Assembly (NCBI GenBank): GCA_016839365.1
Contig: JAEOUH010000053.1
Coordinates: 1 to 38,221 of the forward strand
DNA: 38,221 bases
From: Candidatus Hermodarchaeota archaeon
GTDB lineage: Archaea > Asgardarchaeota > Hermodarchaeia > Hermodarchaeales > Hermodarchaeaceae
Reading direction: 5' to 3'
Numbering within the stretch: position 1 is the stretch's first letter; every line of letters starts with the position of its first letter. The translations under genes were made by a program, and so were the position numbers. Below the pieces are notes generated by a model. The model was not told where the DNA came from, searched no databases, and was given only the letters and a program-made list of their open reading frames with translations. Below, one piece after another: positions 35,950 to 38,221 of the stretch.

Positions 35950-36159
35950 GTGGCTCGTTGGACAAAAAAGAGCCTCACATTCCAAATAACTGGTGCGCAA
36001 GTTCAAATTGATTTCATTGACCAGTTGAAACGAAAACTCAAAGTTGATTTCCACATCAAAGCTGACCAAAGAGGAGTTACAGTAACATTGCGTGGGGATC
36101 CTGAAAACGTTCGAAAAGCCGTGTCTCAAGCTCAAGGAATATTTCGTGATTTCAAATAG
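35950..36159 (+). CDS. Small protein resembling the N-terminal part of DUF2067
   Basis: 69 aa, GTG start after GAGG, beta-alpha-beta-beta-alpha pattern; occupies the csl4-rpo11 position. Confidence 0.55.
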   Translation: MARWTKKSLTFQITGAQVQIDFIDQLKRKLKVDFHIKADQRGVTVTLRGDPENVRKAVSQAQGIFRDFK

Positions 36160-36254
36160 AATATCCACTCGTCAAGGATTCATGAGGTAAGCAAGATTTT
36201 AAAAGCAAAGTTGTGTAGGATTCGCCTGCCTAAAAAACATTGAATTGGGATTTG

Positions 36255-36545
36255 ATGGCCATGAACATTCATATCGTCAAAAATACCGCCAAGGAATTAG
36301 AACTAGACATAGAAGGTGAAGGACATACCCTTTGTAATCCCCTTCGAGAAATTCTCTTTGAAGACACACACCTAACCTTTGCTGGCTATTCAGTGCCCCA
36401 CCCACTTGAACGGAGTGCAAAGTTTATCGTGCGAACGGACGGAAAGGTTAAGGCCATCACCGTGTTCAAAACTGCGGCGCAAAAACTGATAGAACGCACA
36501 GAAGAATTTCGCACGGAATTTAAAAAAGCCCTCAAAGCCGTGTGA
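36255..36545 (+). CDS. rpo11: RNA polymerase subunit Rpo11 (L) (start 36255 or 36261)
   Basis: GEGHTLCNPL...AGYSVPHPL. Confidence 0.95.
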   Translation: MAMNIHIVKNTAKELELDIEGEGHTLCNPLREILFEDTHLTFAGYSVPHPLERSAKFIVRTDGKVKAITVFKTAAQKLIERTEEFRTEFKKALKAV

Positions 36546-37009
36546 CCGGCGTGTCGTTATTTGAGGATTTACGTACACTTCTCGAAACCAAAGGTATTCA
36601 TTCACTCGAGTCCGCTTTGAGAAACAAAGAATTAGCCAAGCTTGGAGATCCCCTCACGAACTTAATATTCTCCTTAGCTCTTTCGAGTCATTCCAAACGA
36701 TTTGAAGGACAGAAGGTGTCAGGAAAGATCCTTGCGGCCGCCCTTCGGCTAGCCGAACTCCGTCATTTGGCACCTTCTCGCCTTGATGCTCATGGCCTGG
36801 GAGATTGCGTTGAGGCCATGATAGCATATGGGTGGCTTCGCGGGTTTTTAACCATCCCTGAAGCAACTCAGACCTTACATGAACAATTTATTCGAACCGG
36901 AGTAGGAACAACCCAATCAAAGGCGGAACATAATGAAGCAATTGCCATGGGATTCGCCGTTTTACTGCAACAAATATGGGAACACGAACAAGCGGAAAAC
37001 TCTGTGTAA
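36542..37009 (+). CDS. Archaeal mini-RNase III-like protein
   Basis: LAKLGD.LTN..SLALS and LGDCVEAMIAYGWL RNase III signature segments; no dsRBD. Confidence 0.75.
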   Translation: MTGVSLFEDLRTLLETKGIHSLESALRNKELAKLGDPLTNLIFSLALSSHSKRFEGQKVSGKILAAALRLAELRHLAPSRLDAHGLGDCVEAMIAYGWLRGFLTIPEATQTLHEQFIRTGVGTTQSKAEHNEAIAMGFAVLLQQIWEHEQAENSV

Positions 37010-37076
37010 AGCCAATACATTCTTATGCAATTTCTCGAATGCTTTCCAACCCTTACCGGCTGGGAGATTACTTTAG

Positions 37077-37421
37077 ATGGAATTTTGCCCTGAATGCTCA
37101 AGTATCCTCACCCCCCAAAAAAATGGAGAGAAGAAAGTCTTACTCTGCCAGAGTTGTGGTTACACCAAGCCTCTCACTTCAAAAAGTGAAAAGAAGTATC
37201 GATATGGAGACAAGATTGATCATATCCCCGAAAAGGAAGAGGTTGTTGTCATCGATGAGGAAATGCTTGAACAGCGAACCATGCCCACAGTTCGTGCGGT
37301 TTGTCCAAAATGTGGGCACAAGGAAGCCTATTATTGGCAGGTTCAAACCCGGTCGGGAGATGAAGCAATGACCACGTTTTATCGCTGCACCAACTGCAGT
37401 CAAACTTGGCGTGAATACTAA
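37077..37421 (+). CDS. tfs: Transcription factor S
   Basis: MEFCPEC...CQSC and CPKC...QTRSGDE.MT.FY.C..C. Confidence 0.96.
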   Translation: MEFCPECSSILTPQKNGEKKVLLCQSCGYTKPLTSKSEKKYRYGDKIDHIPEKEEVVVIDEEMLEQRTMPTVRAVCPKCGHKEAYYWQVQTRSGDEAMTTFYRCTNCSQTWREY

Positions 37422-37436
37422 TCCGAGGACTGAATT

Positions 37437-38221
37437 CTACCCCCAAATGAGGCGGGGTAGAAAACGGACTTTTGATATCAACAATCCTAGGACGCTCCGC
37501 AACAACACAGGAGAGGTAAACGCGGTCGTAATAAGTCGACCTTGGCGGTCAATATCCCCATAATCTTCAATGATTTGCCGAGCGCGACTATGCTGGAGGC
37601 TGTTAAAAAGGCGATCGAGCTCTTCGTTGGTGAGAGTATTAATTAATCGGCGAAGAAGGGACATCAGATGGAGTTGGCGGCCCCAACTACGTTTCCATCT
37701 GCGCTCGTAACGTTGGAGTTCTTTATGATTATAGGATTCACCCTGAAGAGCTTGGTGAATGCTCGAAGCAGCCATGATTGCACAGGCACCTCCCGCGACC
37801 ACACCACCACCAGTAGTTGCTTTCGTTTGACCCGCCGCGTCTCCGATGTTTACGAAGCGTTCAGCAATTGTCCGCGCGGAAGGACCGCCTGAATAAACAA
37901 TGCCTCCATAGCGTTTGTCAATCTTGGCCCCTGCGATAAGGTGGCAGTTCTTGAGAAATTTGTCCAATGCTGAGGGGGCCTGTTTGTTGACCGTTGCTAG
38001 CCCAACCCGTGCATGCTGGGCGTCAAGGGGAATCAGCCAGGCGAAGAAGTCTTTTGCTAGTTGGGTGTCAAAGAACAAGTGCACCGTATCTGTCGGTAAT
38101 GAGACGTTCGAGACTTCATACTGGAGGGCAGGGAGCATATAGGCCCGTTTCGGTCTAGGTAAGTTGAAAGGCTTCATCAGTTGGGCATTGATTCCTTCGG
38201 CGTTGACCACCAAGTGGGTGC
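37437..38221 (-). CDS. Geranylgeranyl reductase family flavoprotein (5' end outside the window)
   Basis: VVNAEG, FAWLIP, IGDAAGQTKATTGGG; frame open to the window edge. Confidence 0.88.
   Translation of the reverse strand, partial: THLVVNAEGINAQLMKPFNLPRPKRAYMLPALQYEVSNVSLPTDTVHLFFDTQLAKDFFAWLIPLDAQHARVGLATVNKQAPSALDKFLKNCHLIAGAKIDKRYGGIVYSGGPSARTIAERFVNIGDAAGQTKATTGGGVVAGGACAIMAASSIHQALQGESYNHKELQRYERRWKRSWGRQLHLMSLLRRLINTLTNEELDRLFNSLQHSRARQIIEDYGDIDRQGRLITTAFTSPVLLRSVLGLLISKVRFLPRLIWG

Noticed and set aside
1-38221. CRISPR arrays, IS elements, integrases or an att-site duplication of the tRNA 3' end
   Set aside because: None seen by eye; the window is almost entirely core genes.

Overview
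Archaeal chromosomal segment, probably Asgard (inferred from a longin-domain protein and the gene content). It is gene-dense, and I saw no mobile elements or CRISPR arrays. (1) 1-8943 (-): one tightly coupled redox operon, hdrC-hdrB-korD-korA-korB-korC-hdrA-mvhD-mvhG-mvhA, with a four-subunit 2-oxoacid:ferredoxin oxidoreductase inserted inside an Mvh/Hdr bifurcation operon. (2) 9132-14396: a membrane protein, a longin+wHTH protein, a cryptic tRNA, gcvH and an extended aglB. (3) 14318-23677, mostly (-): replication/translation cluster (RPA-like, PCNA, priL, priS, GINS, L44e, S27e, aIF2a, nop10), then cdc48, EF-1b, a Zn-finger protein and nob1. (4) 23817-37421, mostly (+): aIF5A, DHS, SRP54, TrmY-like, Pus10, L21e, Rpo4, DUF655, KsgA, HemK, DRG, L10e, enolase, METTL5, Csl4, Rpo11, mini-RNase III-like, TFS, then a partial geranylgeranyl reductase on (-). 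The main finding is at 10481-10669 (-), under a spurious ORF extension: a tRNA-Leu(CAA) gene split by four bulge-helix-bulge (BHB) introns at 8/9, 30/31, 37/38 and 59/60. Introns make up 101 of 189 nt and the anticodon exon is only 7 nt. The sequence suggests ordered splicing and a decoy acceptor strand in the leader. Second finding: korB, nop10 and probably priS appear to start at CTG, in the same CTG-ACC context.
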